Assembly (NCBI GenBank): GCA_964016885.1
Contig: OZ024757.1
Span: forward strand, 42,904,001 to 42,968,000
Source: Eledone cirrhosa
Taxonomy: Eukaryota
Direction of reading: 5' to 3'
Length of the DNA stretch: 64,000 bases
Shown here: piece by piece, positions 1 to 13,572 of the stretch
How positions within the stretch are numbered: position 1 is the stretch's first letter
How the letters are laid out: each line of letters starts with the position of its first letter
Notes under the pieces: model-generated
The model's database searches: none
What the model was told of the DNA's origin: nothing
The model's input: the letters and a program-made list of their open reading frames with translations, nothing else
Program-made: the position numbers and the translations under genes

Positions 1-1597
1 CGGTCCGGCGGCCTTGGCGCATGCGCACTACGTTCCGGCGGCCTTGGCGCATGCGCACTACGTTCCGGTGGCCTTTGCGCATGCGCAGTACGGTCCAGCG
101 GCCTTGGCGCATGCGCACAACGGTACGGCGGCCTTGGCGCATGCGCACTACGGCCCGGTGGCCTTGACGCATGCGCAATACTGTCCAGTGGCCTTGGGGC
201 ATGCGCACTACAGTCCAGTGGCCTTGGCGCATGCGTAATAAGGTCCGGCGGCCATGGCGCATGCGCACTAAGGGCCAGCGGTCTTTGCGCATGCGCACAA
301 CGGTACGGCGGCCTTGGCGCATGCGCACTACGTTCTGGTGGCCTTGACGCATGCGCAGTACTGTCCAGTGGCCTTGGCGCATGCGCAGTAAGGTCCGGCG
401 GCCTTAGCGCATGCGCAGTACGTTCCGGCGGCCTTGGCGCATGCTCACTAAGATGGCCATCGTTCTTTGCGCATGCGCACAACGGTCCGGCGGCCTTGGT
501 GCATGCGCACTACGGTCCGGCAGCCTTGGCGCATGCGCACTACGGTCCGCTGGCTTTGGTGCATGCGCACTACGGTCTAGCAGCATTGGGGCATGCGCAC
601 TACAACCCGGCGGCCTTGGCGCATGCGCAGTACGGCCCGGCGACCTTGGCGCATGCGCACTACGGTCTGGCGGCCTTGGCGCACGCGCACTACGGTCCGG
701 CGGTCTTGGCGCATGCGCACTACGGTCCGGCGACCTTGCCGCATGCGCACTACGTTCCGGTGGCCTTGGCACATGCGCAGATGGACCGTAGTGCGCATGC
801 GCCAAGGCCACCGGACCGTACTGCACATGCGCCAAGGACGCCGGACCGTAGTGCGCATGCGCCAAAGCCACCGGACCGTAGTGCGCATGCGACAATGCCG
901 CAGTACCGTAGTGCGCATGCGCCAAGGCCACATGACCGTAGTGCGCATGCGCCAAGGCTGCCGGACCGTAGTGCGCATGCGCCAAGGCCGCCGGATCGTA
1001 GTGCGCATGCGCCAAAGCCGCCGAACCGTAGTGCGCATGCGCCAAGGCCGCCGGACCGTAGTGCGCATGCGCCAAGGCCGCCTGACTGTACTGCGCATGC
1101 GTCAAGGTCCCAGTACCGAACTGCGCATGCGCTAAGGCCGCCGGACCGTACTGCGTATGCGCCAAGGCCGCCGGACCGCAGTGCGCATGCGCCAGAGCCG
1201 CCGAACCGTAGTGCGCCTGCGTCAAGGTCGCCGGACCATACTGCGCATGTGCCAAGCCCGCCGGACCGTAGTGCGCATGCGCTAAGGCCGCCGAACCGTA
1301 CTGCGCATGCGCCAAAGCAGCTGCACCGTAGTGCGCATGCGCCAAGGCCACCGGACGGTACTGCGCATGCACCAAGACCGCCGGATCGTACTGCGCATGC
1401 CCCAAGGCCGTCGGACCGTAGTGCGCATGTGCCAAGGCCGCCAGACCGTAGTGCGCATGCTCCAAGGCCGCCGGATCTTACTGCGCATGCCCCAAGGCCG
1501 TCGGATGGTAGTGCGCATGTGCCAAGGCCGCCAGACCGTAGTGCGCATGCCCCAAGGCCGCCGAACCGTACTGCGCATGCGCCAAGGCCGCCGGATC

Positions 1598-1617
1598 TTT
1601 GTGCGCATGCGGTTCGG
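1598..1617. other. Recurrent R-to-F inversion junction J1 (TTTGTGCGCATGC|GGTTCGG), first of 20 copies
   Basis: The same junction or its reverse complement (CCGAACC|GCATGCGCACAAA) occurs at ~1611, 6371, 8399, 11627, 14110, 16282, 18037, 20730, 22902, 25325, 27707, 30549, 32721, 41088, 43594, 45766, 48272, 50414, 51866, with a variant (GGTACGG) at 60154. Dyad-to-dyad spacing across it is 23 bp instead of 30. Confidence 0.9.
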
Positions 1618-4177
1618 TGGCCTTGGCGCATGCGCACTACTGTCCGGCGACCTTCCCGCATGCGCACTACGTTCCGGCGGCCTTGGCGCATGCGCACTAC
1701 GTTCCGGTGGCCTTGGCGCATGCGCAGTACTGTCCAGTGGCCTTGGCGCATGCGCAGTAAGGTCCGGCAGCCTTAGCGCATGCGCACTACGGTACAGTGG
1801 CCTTATCGCATGCGCAGTAAGGTCCGGCGGCCATGGCGCATGCGCACTAAGGGCCAGCGGTCTTTGCGCATGCGCACAACGGTCCGGCGGCCTTCGCGCC
1901 TGCGCACTACGGTCCGGCGGCTTTGGTGCATGCGCACTACGTTCCGGTGGCCTTGGCGCATGCGCAGTACTGTCCAGTGGCCTTGGCGCATGCGCAGTAA
2001 GGTCCGGCAGCCTTAGCGCATGCGCAGTACGTTCCGGCGGCCTTGGCGCATGCGCACGAAGGGCCATCGTTCTTTGCGCATGCGCACAACGGTCCGGCGG
2101 CCTTGGTGCATGCGCACTACGGTCCGGCGGCCTTGGCGCATGCGCACTACGGTCCGGCGGCTTTGGTGCATGCGCACTACGGTCTAGCAGCATTGGGGCA
2201 TGCGCACTACAGCCCGGCGGCCTTGGCGCATGCGCAGTACGGCCCGGCGACCTTGGCGCATGCGCCCTACGGTCTGGCGGCCTTGGCGCACGCGCACTAC
2301 GGTCCGGCGGTCTTGGCGCATGCGCACTACGGTCCGGCGACCTTGCCGCATGCGCACTACGTTCCGGTGGCCTTGGCACATGCGCAGTACGGTCCGGTGG
2401 CTTTGGCGCATGCGCACTACGGTCTGGCAGACTTGGCGCATGCGCACTACGGTCCGATGGCCTTGGCGCATGCGCACTACGTCCTGCTGGCCTTGGCGCC
2501 TGCACAGTACAGTCCAGTGGCCTTGGCGCATGCGCAGTAAGGCCCGGCGGCCTTAGCGCATGCGCAGTAAGGTCCGGCGGCCATGGCGCATGCGCACTAA
2601 GGGCCAGCGGTCTTTGCGCATGCGCACAATGGTACGGCGGCCTTGGCGCATGCGCACTACGTTCCGATGGCCTTGACGCATGCGCAGTACTGTCCAGTGG
2701 CCTTGGCGCATGCGCAGTAAGGTCCGGCGGCCTTAGCGCATGCGCAGTACGTTCCGGCGGCCTTGGCGCATGTGCACTAAGGGCCATCGTTCTTTGCGCA
2801 TGCGCACAACGGTCCGGCGGCCTTGGTGCATGCGCACTACGGTCCGGCGGCCTTGGCGCATGCGCACTACGGTCCGGCGGCTTTGGTGCATGCGCACTAC
2901 GGTCTAGCAGCATTGGAGCATGCACACTACAGCCCGGCGGCCTTGGCGCATGCGCAGTACGGCCCGGCGACCTTGGCGCATGCGCACTACGGTCTGGCGG
3001 CCTTGGCGCACGCGCACTACGGTCCGGCGGTCTTGGCGCATGCGCACTACGGTCCGGCGGCCTTGCCGCATGCGCACTACGTTCCGGTGGCCTTGGCACA
3101 TGCGCAGTACGGTCCGGTGGCTTTGGCGCATGCGCACTACGGTCTGGCAGACTTGAAGCATGCGCACTACGGTCCGATGGCCTTGGCGCATGCGCACTAC
3201 GTCCTGGTGGCCTTGGCGCATGCGCAGTACAGTCCAGTGGCCTTGGCGCATGCGCAGTGAGGTCCGGCGGCCTTAGCGCATGCGCAGTAAGGTCCGGCGG
3301 CCATGGCGCATGCGCACTAAGGGTCAGCGGTCTTTGCGCATGCGCACAACGGTACGGCGGCCTTGGCGCATGCACACTACGGCCCGGCGGCCTTGGCGCC
3401 TGCACACTACGGTCCGGCGGCTTTGGTGCATGCGCACTACGGTCCGGCGGCGCGCACTACGTTCCGGTGGCCTTGGCGCATGCGCAGTACGCTCCAGTGG
3501 CCTTGGCGCATGCGCAGTAAGGTCCGACGGCTTTGGCGCATGCGCACTATGGTCTTTCAGTTTTGGCGCATGCGCACTACGGTCCGGCGGCCTTCGCGCA
3601 TGCGCACTACGTTCCGGCGGCCTTGGCGCATGCGCACTACGTTCCGGTGGCCTTTGCGCATGCGCAGTACGGTCCAGCGGCCTTGGCGCATGCGCACAAC
3701 GGTACGGCGGCCTTGGCGCATGCGCACTACGTTCCGGTGGCCTTGGCGCATGCGCAGTACTGTCCAGTGGCCTTGGCGCATGTGCAGTAATGTCCGGCGG
3801 CCTTAGCGCATGCGCAGTACGTTCCGACGGCCTTGGCGCATGCGCACTAAGGGCCATCGTTCTTTGCGCATGCGCACAACGGTCCGGCGGCCTTGGTGCA
3901 TGCGCACTACGGTCCGGCGGCCTTAGCGCATGCGCAGTTCGGTACTGCGACCTTGACGCATGCGCAGTACAGTCAGGTGGCCTTGGCGCATGCGCACAAC
4001 GGTCCGGCGCCCTTGGCGCATGCGCAGTATGGTCCGACGGCCTTGGCGCATGTGCACTATGTATCGGCGGCCTTGGCGCATGCGCACTACGGTTAGGCGG
4101 CTTTGGCGCATGCGCACTACGATCAGGCCGTCTCGGCGCGTGCGCAGTACGGTCTGGCGGTCTTGGCGCATGGGCAC

Positions 4178-4443
4178 GTCATCAAAAAGGACTAACATGG
4201 CCGAAATGTCATCATGTATGTCTGAAATTACAACAAAATGGCTAAGACGGCATAATAAATGACTAAAGTGACAATAAAATGCTAAAACCGTATCATAATT
4301 GACTAGAATGACTCTAACACGACTGAAACGTCTAAAATGACTATAAATGGCTCTAAAATGGTTAAACTGCATCATAAATTTCTAAAATAACTCAAAATGG
4401 CTAAATATGGCAACATAAAGGCTTAAAATGGCTAAAAAGTCAT
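4178..4443 (-). repeat. AT-rich island, 266-bp class (A-rich strand on +), at an F-to-R switch
   Basis: Abrupt drop in GC; degenerate AAATGGCTAA/AAATGACTAA units; near-exact reverse complement of 34738-35003. Confidence 0.92.
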
Positions 4444-7400
4444 CCGGACCGTACTGCACATGCTTCAAGGACTTCGGACCGTCGTGCGCATGCGCCAAGG
4501 CCTCCGAACCGTAGTGCGCATGCGCCAACGCCGCCGGACCGTAGTGCGCATGCGCCAAGGCCGCCGGACCGTAGTGCGCATGCGCCAAGGCCGCCAGACC
4601 GTAGTGCACATGCGCCAAGGCCGCCGGGCCGTACTGCGCATGCGCCAAGGCCGCCGGACCGTAGTGCGCATGCGCCAATGCTGCCAGACCGTAGTGCGCA
4701 TGCACCAAAGCTGCCGGACCGTAGTGCGCATGCGCCAAGGCCGCCGGACCGTTGTGCGCATGCGCCAAGGCCACTGGACCGTAGTGCGCACGCGCCAATG
4801 CCATCGGACCGTAGTGCGCATGCGCCAAGTCTGCCAGACCGTAGTGCGAATGCGCTAAAGCCACCGGACCGTACTGCGCATGTGCCAAGGCCACCGGAAC
4901 GTAGTGCGCATGCGGCAAGGTCGCCGGACCGTAGTGCGCATGCGCCAATGCTGCCAGACCGTAGTGCGCATGCGCCAAGGCCGCCGTGCCGTAGTGTGCA
5001 TGCGCCAAGGCCGCCGGACCGTTGTGCGCATGCGCAAAGACCGCTGGCCCTTAGTGCGCATGCACCAAGGCCGCCGGACCGTTGTGCGCATGCGCAAAGA
5101 ACAATGGCCCTTAGTGCGCATGCGCCAAGGCCGCCGTAACGTACTGCGCATGCGCTCAGGCCGCCGGACCTTACTGCGCATGCGCCAAGGCCACTGGACA
5201 GTACTGCGCATGCGTCAAGGCCACCGGAAAGTAGTGCGCATGCGCCAAGGCCGCCGTACCGTTGTGCGCATGCGCAAAGACCGCTGGCCCTTAGTGCGCA
5301 TGCGCCATGGCCGCCGGACCTTACTGCGCATGCGCCAAGGCCACTGGACTGTACTGCGCATGCGCCAAGGCCACCAGGACGTAGTGCGCATGCGCCAAGG
5401 CCATCGGACCGTAGTGCGCATGCGCCAAGTCTGCCAGACCGTAGTGCGCATGCGCCAAAGCCACCGGACCGTACTGCGCATGTGCCAAGGCCACCGGAAC
5501 GTAGTGCGCATGCGGCAAGGTCGCCGGACCGTAGTGCGCATGCGCCAAGACCGCCGGACTGTAGTGCGCGTGCGCCAAGGCCGCCAGACCGTAGTGCGCA
5601 TGCGCCAAGGTCGCCGGGCCGTACTGCGCATGCGCCAAGGCCGCCGGGCTTTAGTGCGTATGCCCCAATGCTGCTAGACCGTAGTGCGTATGCACCAAAG
5701 CCGCCGGACCGTAGTGCGCATGCGCCAAGGCCGCCGGACCGTAGTGCGCATGCACCAAGGCCGCCGGACCGTTGTGCGCATGCGCAAAGAACGATGGCCC
5801 TTAGTGCGCATGCGCCAAGGCCGCCGGAACGTACTGCGCATGCGCTAAGGCTGTCGGACCTTACTGCGCATGCGCCAAGGCCACTGGACAGTACTGCGCA
5901 TGCGCCAAGGCCACCGGAACGTAGTGCGCATGCGCCAAGGCCGCCGTACCGTTGTGCGCATGCGCCAAGGCCGCTGGACCGTACTGCGCATGCGCAAAGG
6001 CCACCGGAACGTAGTGTGCATGCGCCAAGGCCGCCGGAACGTAGTCCGCATGCGCGAAGGCCGCCGGACCGTAGTGCGCATGCGCCAAGACTGACAGACC
6101 ATAGTGCGCATGCACCAAAGCCGCCGGACCTTACTGCGCATGCGCCAAGGCCACTGGAGCGTACTGCGCATGCGCCAAGGCCACCGGAACGTAGTGCGCA
6201 TGCGCCAAGGCCGCCGCACCGTAGTGCGCATGCGCCAAGGCTGCCAGACCGTAGTGCGCATGCGCCAAAGCCGCCGGACCGTACTGCGCATGTGCCAAGG
6301 CCACCGGAACGTAGTGCGCATGCGGGGAGGTCGCCGGACCGTAGTGCGCATGCGCCAAGGCCGCCGAACCGCATGCGCACAAAGGTCCGGTGGCCTTGGC
6401 GCATGCGCAGTACGGTTCGGCCGCCTTGGCGCATGCGCACTACGGTCCGGCGGCCTTAGCGCATGCGCAGTTCGGTACTGGGACCTTGACGCATGCGCAG
6501 TACAGTCAGTCGGTCTTGGCGCATGCACACTACGGTCCGGCGGCCTTGGCGCATGCGCAGTACGGTTCGGCGGCTTTGGCGCATGCGCACTACGGTCCGG
6601 CGGCCTTGGCACATGCGCAGTACGGTCCGGCGGCCTTAACGCATGCGCAGTTCGGTACTGCGACCTTGACGCATGCGCAGTACAGTCAGGCGGCCTTGGC
6701 GCACGCGCAGTACGGTCCGGCGGCTTTAGCGCATGCGCAGTTCGGTACTGCGACCTTGACGCATGCGCAGTACAGTCAGGTGGCCTTGGCGCATGCGCAC
6801 TACGGTCCGGCGTCTTTGGCGCATGCGCACTACGGTCCGGCGGCCCTGGCGCATGCGCAGTATGGTCCGGCGGCCTTGGCGCATGCGCACTACGGTTCGG
6901 CGGCTCTGGCGCATGCGCACTACGGTCCGGCGGTCTTGGTGCATGCGCAGTACGGTACTGGGACCTTGATGCATGCGCAGTACAGTCAGGCGGCCTTGGC
7001 GCATGCGCACTACGGTCCGGCGGCCTTGGCGCATGCGCAGTACGGTCCGGCGGCCTTAGCGCATGCGCAGTTCGGTACTGCGACCTTGACGCATGCGCAG
7101 TACAGTCAGGTGGCCTTGGCGCATGCGCAGTACGGTCCGGCGGCCTTAGCGCATGCGCAGTTCGGTACTGCGACCTTGACGCATGCGCAGTACAGTCAGG
7201 CGGCCTTGGCACATGCGCACTACGGTCCGGCGGCCTTGGCGCATGCGCAGTATGGTCCGACGGCCTTGGCGCATGTGCACTATGTATCGGCGGCCTTGGC
7301 GCATGCGCACTACGGTTCGGCGGCTTTGGCGCATGCGCACTACGGTTCGGCGGCTTTGGCGCATGCGCACTACGATCCGGCGGCCTTGGCGCATGCGCAC

Positions 7401-7852
7401 TACGGTCCGGCGGACTTGGCGCATGCGCACTACGGTCATATGGCCTTGGCGCATGCGCACTACGGTACTGCGGCCTTGTCGCATGCGCAGTACGGTACTG
7501 CGGACTTGGCGCATGCGCAGTACGGTCAGGCGGCTTTGGCCCATGCGCACTACGGTCCGGCGGGCTTGGCGCATGCGCAGTATGGTCCGGCGACCTTGAC
7601 GCATGCGCACTACGGTTCGGCGGCTCTGGCGCATGCGCACTGCGGTCCGGCGGCCTTGGCGCATGCGCAGTACGGTCCGGCGGCCTTAGCGCATGCGCAG
7701 TTCGGTACTGGGACCTTGACGCATGCGCAGTACAGTCAGGCGGCCTTGGCGCATGCGCACTACGGTCCGGCGGCCTTGGCGCATGCGCACTACGGTCCGG
7801 CGGCTTTGGCACATGCGCAGTACGGTCCGGCGGCCTTAACGCATGCGCAGTT

Positions 7853-10800
7853 CGGACCGTAGTGCGCATGCGCCAAGGCCGCCGGACCGTAGTGCGCATG
7901 CACCAAGGCCGCCGGACCGTTGTGCGCATGCGCAAAGAACGATGGCCCTTAGTGCGCATGCGCCAAGGCCGCCGGAACGTACTGCGCATGCGCTAAGGCT
8001 GCCGGACCTTACTGCGCATGCGCCAAGGCCACTGGACAGTACTGCGCATGCGCCAAGGCCACCGGAACGTAGTGCGCATGCACCAAAGCCGCCGGACCGT
8101 AGTGCGCAGGCGCCAAGGCCGCCGGACCGTTGTGCGCATGCGCAAAGACCGCTGGCCCTTAGTGCGCATGCGCCATGGCCGCCGGACCTTACTGCGCATG
8201 CGATAAGGCCACTGGACCGTAGTGCGCATGCGCTAAGGCTGCCGGACCTTACTGCGCATGCGCCAAGGCCACTGGACAGTACTGCGCATGCGCCAAGGCC
8301 ACCGGAACGTAGTGCGCATGCGCCAAGGCCGCCGGAACGTAGTGCGCATGCGGGAAGGTCGCCGGACAGTAGTGCGCATGCGCCAAGGCCACCGAACCGC
8401 ATGCGCACAAAGATCCGGCGGCCTTGGCGCATGCGCAGTACGGTTCGGCGGCCTTGGCGCATGCGCACTACGGTCTGGCGGCCTTGGCACATGCGCACTA
8501 CCATCCGACGGCCTTGGGGCATGCGCAGTAAGATCCGGCGGCCTTGGAGCATGCGCACTACGGTCTGGCGGCTTTGGCACATGCGCACTACGGTCCGACG
8601 GCCTTGGGGCATGCGCAGTACGATCCGGCGGTCTTGGTGCATGCGCAGTACCGTCCGGTGGCCTTGGCGCATGCGCACTACGGTGCAGCTGCTTTGGCGC
8701 ATGCGCAGTACGGTTCGGCGGCCTTAGCGCATGCGCACTACGGTCCGGCGGGCTTGGCACATGCGCAGTATGGTCCGGCGACCTTGACGCAGGCGCACTA
8801 CGGTTCGGCGGCTCTGGCGCATGCGCACTGCGGTCCGGCGGCCTTGGCGCATGCGCAGTACGGTCCGGCGGCCTTAGCGCATGCGCAGTTCGGTACTGCG
8901 ACCTTGACGCATGCGCAGTACAGTCAGGCGGCCTTGGCACATGCGCACTACGGTCCGGCGGCCTTGGCGCATGCGCAGTATGGTCCGACGGCCTTGGCGC
9001 ATGTGCACTATGTATCGGCGGCCTTGGCGCATGCGCACTACGGTTCGGCGGCTTTGGCGCATGCGCACTACGATCCGGCGGCCTTGGCGCATGCGCACTA
9101 CGGTCATATGGCCTTGGCGCATGCGCACTACGGTACTGCGGCCTTGTCGCATGCGCAGTACGGTACTGCGGACTTGGCGCATGCGCAGTACGGTCAGGCG
9201 GCTTTGGCCCATGCGCACTACGGTCCGGCGGGCTTGGCGCATGCGCAGTATGGTCCGGCGACCTTGACGCATGCGCACTACGGTTCGGCGGCTCTGGCGC
9301 ATACGCACTGCGGTCCGGCGGCCTTGGCGCATGCGCAGTACGGTCCGGCGGCCTTAGCGCATGCGCAGTTCGGTACTGGGACCTTGACGCATGCGCAGTA
9401 CAGTCAGGCGGCCTTGGCGCATGCGCACTACGGTCCGGCGGCCTTGGCGCATGCGCAGTACGGTCCGGCGGCCTTAACGCATGCGCAGTTCGGTACTGCG
9501 ACCTTGACGCATGCGCAGTACAGTCAGGCGGCCTTGGCGCATGCGCATTACGATCCGGCGGCCTTAGCGCATGCGCAGTTAAGTACTGCGACCTTGACGC
9601 ATGCGCAGTACAGTCAGGTGGCCTTGGCGCATGCGCACTACGGGCCCGCGTCTTTGGCGCATGCGCACTACGGTCCGGCAGCCTTGGCGCATGCGCAGTA
9701 TGGTCCGGCGGCCTTGGCGCATGAGCACTACGGTTCGGCGGCTCTGGCGCATGCGCACTACGGTCCGGCGGTCTTGGTGCATGCGCAGTACGGTACTGGG
9801 ACTTTGATGCATGCGCAGTACAGTCAGGCGGCCTTGGCGCATGCGCACTACGGTCCGGCGGTCTTGGCGCATGCGCAGTACGGTGCGCAAAGAACGATGG
9901 CCCTTAGTGCGCATGCGCCAAGGCCGCCGGAACGTACTGCGCTAGCGCTAAGGCCGCCGGACCTTACTGCGCATGCGCCAAGGCCACTGGACAGTACTGC
10001 GCATGCGTCAAGGCCACCGGAACGTAGTGCGCATGCGCCAAGGTTGCCGTACCATTGTGCGCATGCGCAAAGACCGCTGGCCCTTAGTGCGCATGCGCCA
10101 TGGCCGCCGGACCTTACTGCGCATGCGCTAAGGCCACTGGGCCTTACTGCGCATGCGCCAAGGCCACTGGACTGTATTGTGCAGGCGCCAAGGCCAGCAG
10201 GACGTAGTGCGCATGCGCCAAGGCCATCGGACCGTAGTGCGCATGCGCCAAGTCTTCCAGACCGTAGTGCGCATGCGCCAAAGCCACCGGACCGTACTGC
10301 GCATGTGCCAAGGCCACCGGAACGTAGTGCGCATGCGGCAAGGTCGCCGGACCGTAGTGCGCATGCGCCAAGACCGCCGGACCGTGGTGCGCGTGCGCCA
10401 AGGCCGCCAGACCGTAGTGCGCATGCGCCAAGGTCGCCGGGCCGTACTGCGCATGCGCCAAGGCCGCCGGGCTGTAGTGCGCATGCCCCAATGCTGCTAG
10501 ACCGTAGTGCGCATGCACCAAAGCCGCCGGACCGTAGTGCGCATGCGCCAAGGCTGCCGGACCGTAGTGCGCATGCACCAAGGCCGCCGGACCGTTGTGC
10601 GCATGCGCCAGAGCCGCCGAACCGTAGTGCGCATGCGTCAAGGTCCCAGTACCGAACTGCGCATGCGCTAAGGCCGCCGGACCGTACTGCGCATGCGCCA
10701 AGGCCGCCGGACCGCAGTGCGCATGCGCCAGAGCCGCCGAACCGTAGTGCGCATGCGTCAAGGTCGCCGGACCATACTGCGCATGCGCCAAGCCCGCCGG

Positions 10801-12172
10801 ACCGTAGTGCGCATGGGCCAAAGCCGCCTGACCGTACTGCGCATGCGCCAAGTCCGCAGTACCGTACTGCGCATGCGACAAGGCCGCAGTACCGTAGTGC
10901 GCATGCGCCAAGGCCATATGACCGTAGTGCGCATGCGCCAAGGCCGCCGGATCGTAGTGCGCATGCGCCAAAGCCGCCGAACCGTAGTGCGCATGCGCCA
11001 AGGCCGCCGATACATAGTGCACATGCGCCAAGGCCGTCGGACCATACTGCGCATGCGCCAAGGCCGCCGGACCGTAGTGAGCATGTGCCAAGGCCGCCTG
11101 ACTGTACTGCGCATGCGTCAAGGTCGCAGTACCGAACTGCGCATGCGCTAAGGCCGCCGGACCGTACTGCGCATGCGCCAAGGCCGCCGGACCGCAGTGC
11201 GCATGCGCCAGAGCCGCCGAACCGTAGTGCGCCTGCGTCAAGGTCGCCGGACCATACTACGCATGTGCCAAGCCCGCCGGACCGTAGTGCGCATGCGCTA
11301 AGGCCGCCGAACCGTACTGCGCATGCGCCAAAGCAGCTGCACCGTAGTGCGCATGCGCCAAGGCCACCGGACGGTACTGCGCATGCACCAAGACCGCCGG
11401 ATCGTACTGCGCATGCCCCAAGGCCGTCGGACCGTAGTGCGCATGTGCCAAAGCCGCCAGACCGTAGTGCGCATGCTCCAAGGCCGCCGGATCTTACTGC
11501 GCATGCCCCAAGGCCGTCGGATGGTAGTGCGCTTGTGCCAAGGCCGCCAGACCGTAGTGCGCATGCGCCAAGGCCGCCGAACCGTACTGCGCATGCGCCA
11601 AGGCCGCCGGATCTTTGTGCGCATGCGGTTCGGTGGCCTTGGCGCATGCGCACTACTGTCCGGCGACCTTCCCGCATGCGCACTACGTTCCGGCGGCCTT
11701 GGCGCATGCGCACTACGTTCCGGTGGCCTTGGCGCATGCGCAGTACTGTCCAGTGGCCTTGGCGCATGCGCAGTAAGGTCCGGCAGCCTTAGCGCATGCG
11801 CACTACGGTCCAGTGGCCTTATCGCATGCGCAGTAAGGTCCGGCGGCCATGGCGCATGCGCACTAAGGGCCAGCGGTCTTTGCGCATGCGCACAACGGTC
11901 CGGCGGCCTTGGCGCCTGCGCACTACGGTCCGGCGGCTTTGGTGCATGCGCACTACGTTCCGGTGGCCTTGGCGCATGCGCAGTACTGTCCAGTGGCCTT
12001 GGCGCATGCGCAGTAAGGTCCGGCAGCCTTAGCGCATGCGCAGTACGTTCCGGCGGCCTTGGCGCATGCGCACTAAGGGCCATCGTTCTTTGCGCATGCG
12101 CACAACGGTCCGGCGGCCTTGGTGCATGCGCACTACGGTCCGGCGGCCTTGGCGCATGCGCACTACGGTCCG
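7853..12172. repeat. Inverted duplication: arms ~7853-9397 and ~10628-12172, spacer ~1.2 kb
   Basis: Variant monomer order is mirrored. ORF-track pairs 7993..8229(-)/11796..12032(+) and 8874..9332(-)/10693..11151(+) share coordinate sum 20025. J1 at 8399 mirrors J1 at 11627. Confidence 0.8.
9875..9900. other. Recurrent F-to-R inversion junction J2 (GCAGTACGG|TGCGCAAAGAACGATGG), first of 5 copies
   Basis: Present at ~9884, 42260 and 47268, and as reverse complement at ~29047 and 39181. Dyad-to-dyad spacing is 42 bp (60 minus an 18-bp deletion ending at the palindrome axis). Confidence 0.87.
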
Positions 12173-13340
12173 GCGGCTTTGGTGCATGCGCACTACGGTC
12201 TAGCAGCATTGGGGCATGCGCACTACAGCCCGGCGGCCTTGGCGCATGCGCAGTACGGCCCGGCGACCTTGGCGCATGCGCACTACGGTCTGGCGGCCTT
12301 GGCGCACGCGCACTACGGTCCGGCGGTCTTGGCGCATGCGCACTACGGTCCGGCGACCTTGCCGCATGCGCACTACGTTCCGGTGGCCTTGGCACATGCG
12401 CAGTACGGTCCGGTGGCTTTGGCGCATGCGCACTACGGTCTGGCAGACTTGGCGCATGCGCACTACGGTCCGATGGCCTTGGCGCATGCGCACTACGGTC
12501 CGGCGGCCTTGGCGCATGCGCACTACGTTCCGGTGGCCTTTGCGCATGCGCAGTACGGTCCAGTGGCCTTGGCGCATGCGCAGTAAGGTCCGGCGGCTTT
12601 GGCGCATGCGCACTATGGTCTGTCAGTCTTGGCGCATGCGCACTACGGTCCGGCGGCCTTGGCGCAGGCGCACTACGTTCCGGCGGCCTTGGCGCATGCG
12701 CACTACGTTCCGGTGGCCTTTGCGCATGCGCAGTACGGTCCAGCGGCCTTGGCGCATGCGCACAACGGTACGGCGGCCTTGGCGCATGCGCACTACGTTC
12801 CGGTGGCCTTGACGCATGCGCAGTACTGTCCAGTGGCCTTGGGGCATGCGCACTACAGTCCAGTGGCCTTGGCGCATGCGCAGTAAGGTCCGGCGGCCAT
12901 GGCGCATGCGCACTAAGGGCCAGCGGTCTTTGCGCATGCGCACAACGGTCCGGCGGCCTTGGCGCATGCGCACTACGTTCTGGTGGCCTTGACGCATGCG
13001 CAGTACTGTCCAGTGGCCTTGGCGCATGCGCAGTAAGGTCCGGCGGCCTTAGCGCATGCGCAGTACGTTCCGGCGGCCTTGGCGCATGCGCACTAAGGGC
13101 CATCGTTCTTTGCGCATGCGCACAACGGTCCGGCGGCCTTGGTGCATGCGCACTACGGTCCGGCAGCCTTGGCGCATGCGCACTACGGTCCGGTGGATTT
13201 GGTGCATGCGCACTACGGTCTAGCAGCATTGGGGCATGCGCACTACAGCCCAGCTGCCTTGGCGCATGCGCAGTACGGCCCGGCGACCTTGGCGCATGCG
13301 CACTACGGTCTGGCGGCCTTGGCGCATGCGCAGTACAGTC

Positions 13341-13572
13341 CATATTTAGCCATTTTGAGTTATTTTAGTAATTTATGATGCAGTTTAACCATTTTAGAGC
13401 CATTTATAGTCATTTTAGACGTTTCAGTCGTGTTAGAGTCATTCTAGTCAATTATGATACGGTTTTAGCATTTTATTGTCACTTTAGTCATTTATTATGC
13501 CGTCTTAGCCATTTTGTTGTAATTTCAGACATACATGATGACATTTCGGCCATGTTAGTCCTTTTTGATGAC
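13341..13572 (+). repeat. AT-rich island, 232-bp class, at an F-to-R switch
   Basis: CATATTTAGCCATTTTGAG...CTTTTTGATGAC; equals the 266-bp class minus its first 34 bp. Confidence 0.92.

Noticed and set aside
205-220. ACTACAGTCC resembling the ZNF143/THAP11 ACTACA-TCCC motif
   Set aside because: Only a minority variant, and a partial match; the consensus is ACTACGGTCC.
4178-4443. Islands as independent MITE or IS insertions
   Set aside because: No terminal inverted repeats or target-site duplications. Copies share breakpoints and flanking monomers, so they spread by segmental duplication.
6390-7862. His/Ala/Tyr-rich ORF resembling a cuticle or histidine-rich structural protein
   Set aside because: Bounded by inversion junctions, no signal peptide or non-repetitive part, variants frequently change amino acids, and the same frame is broken by stops in sister blocks.
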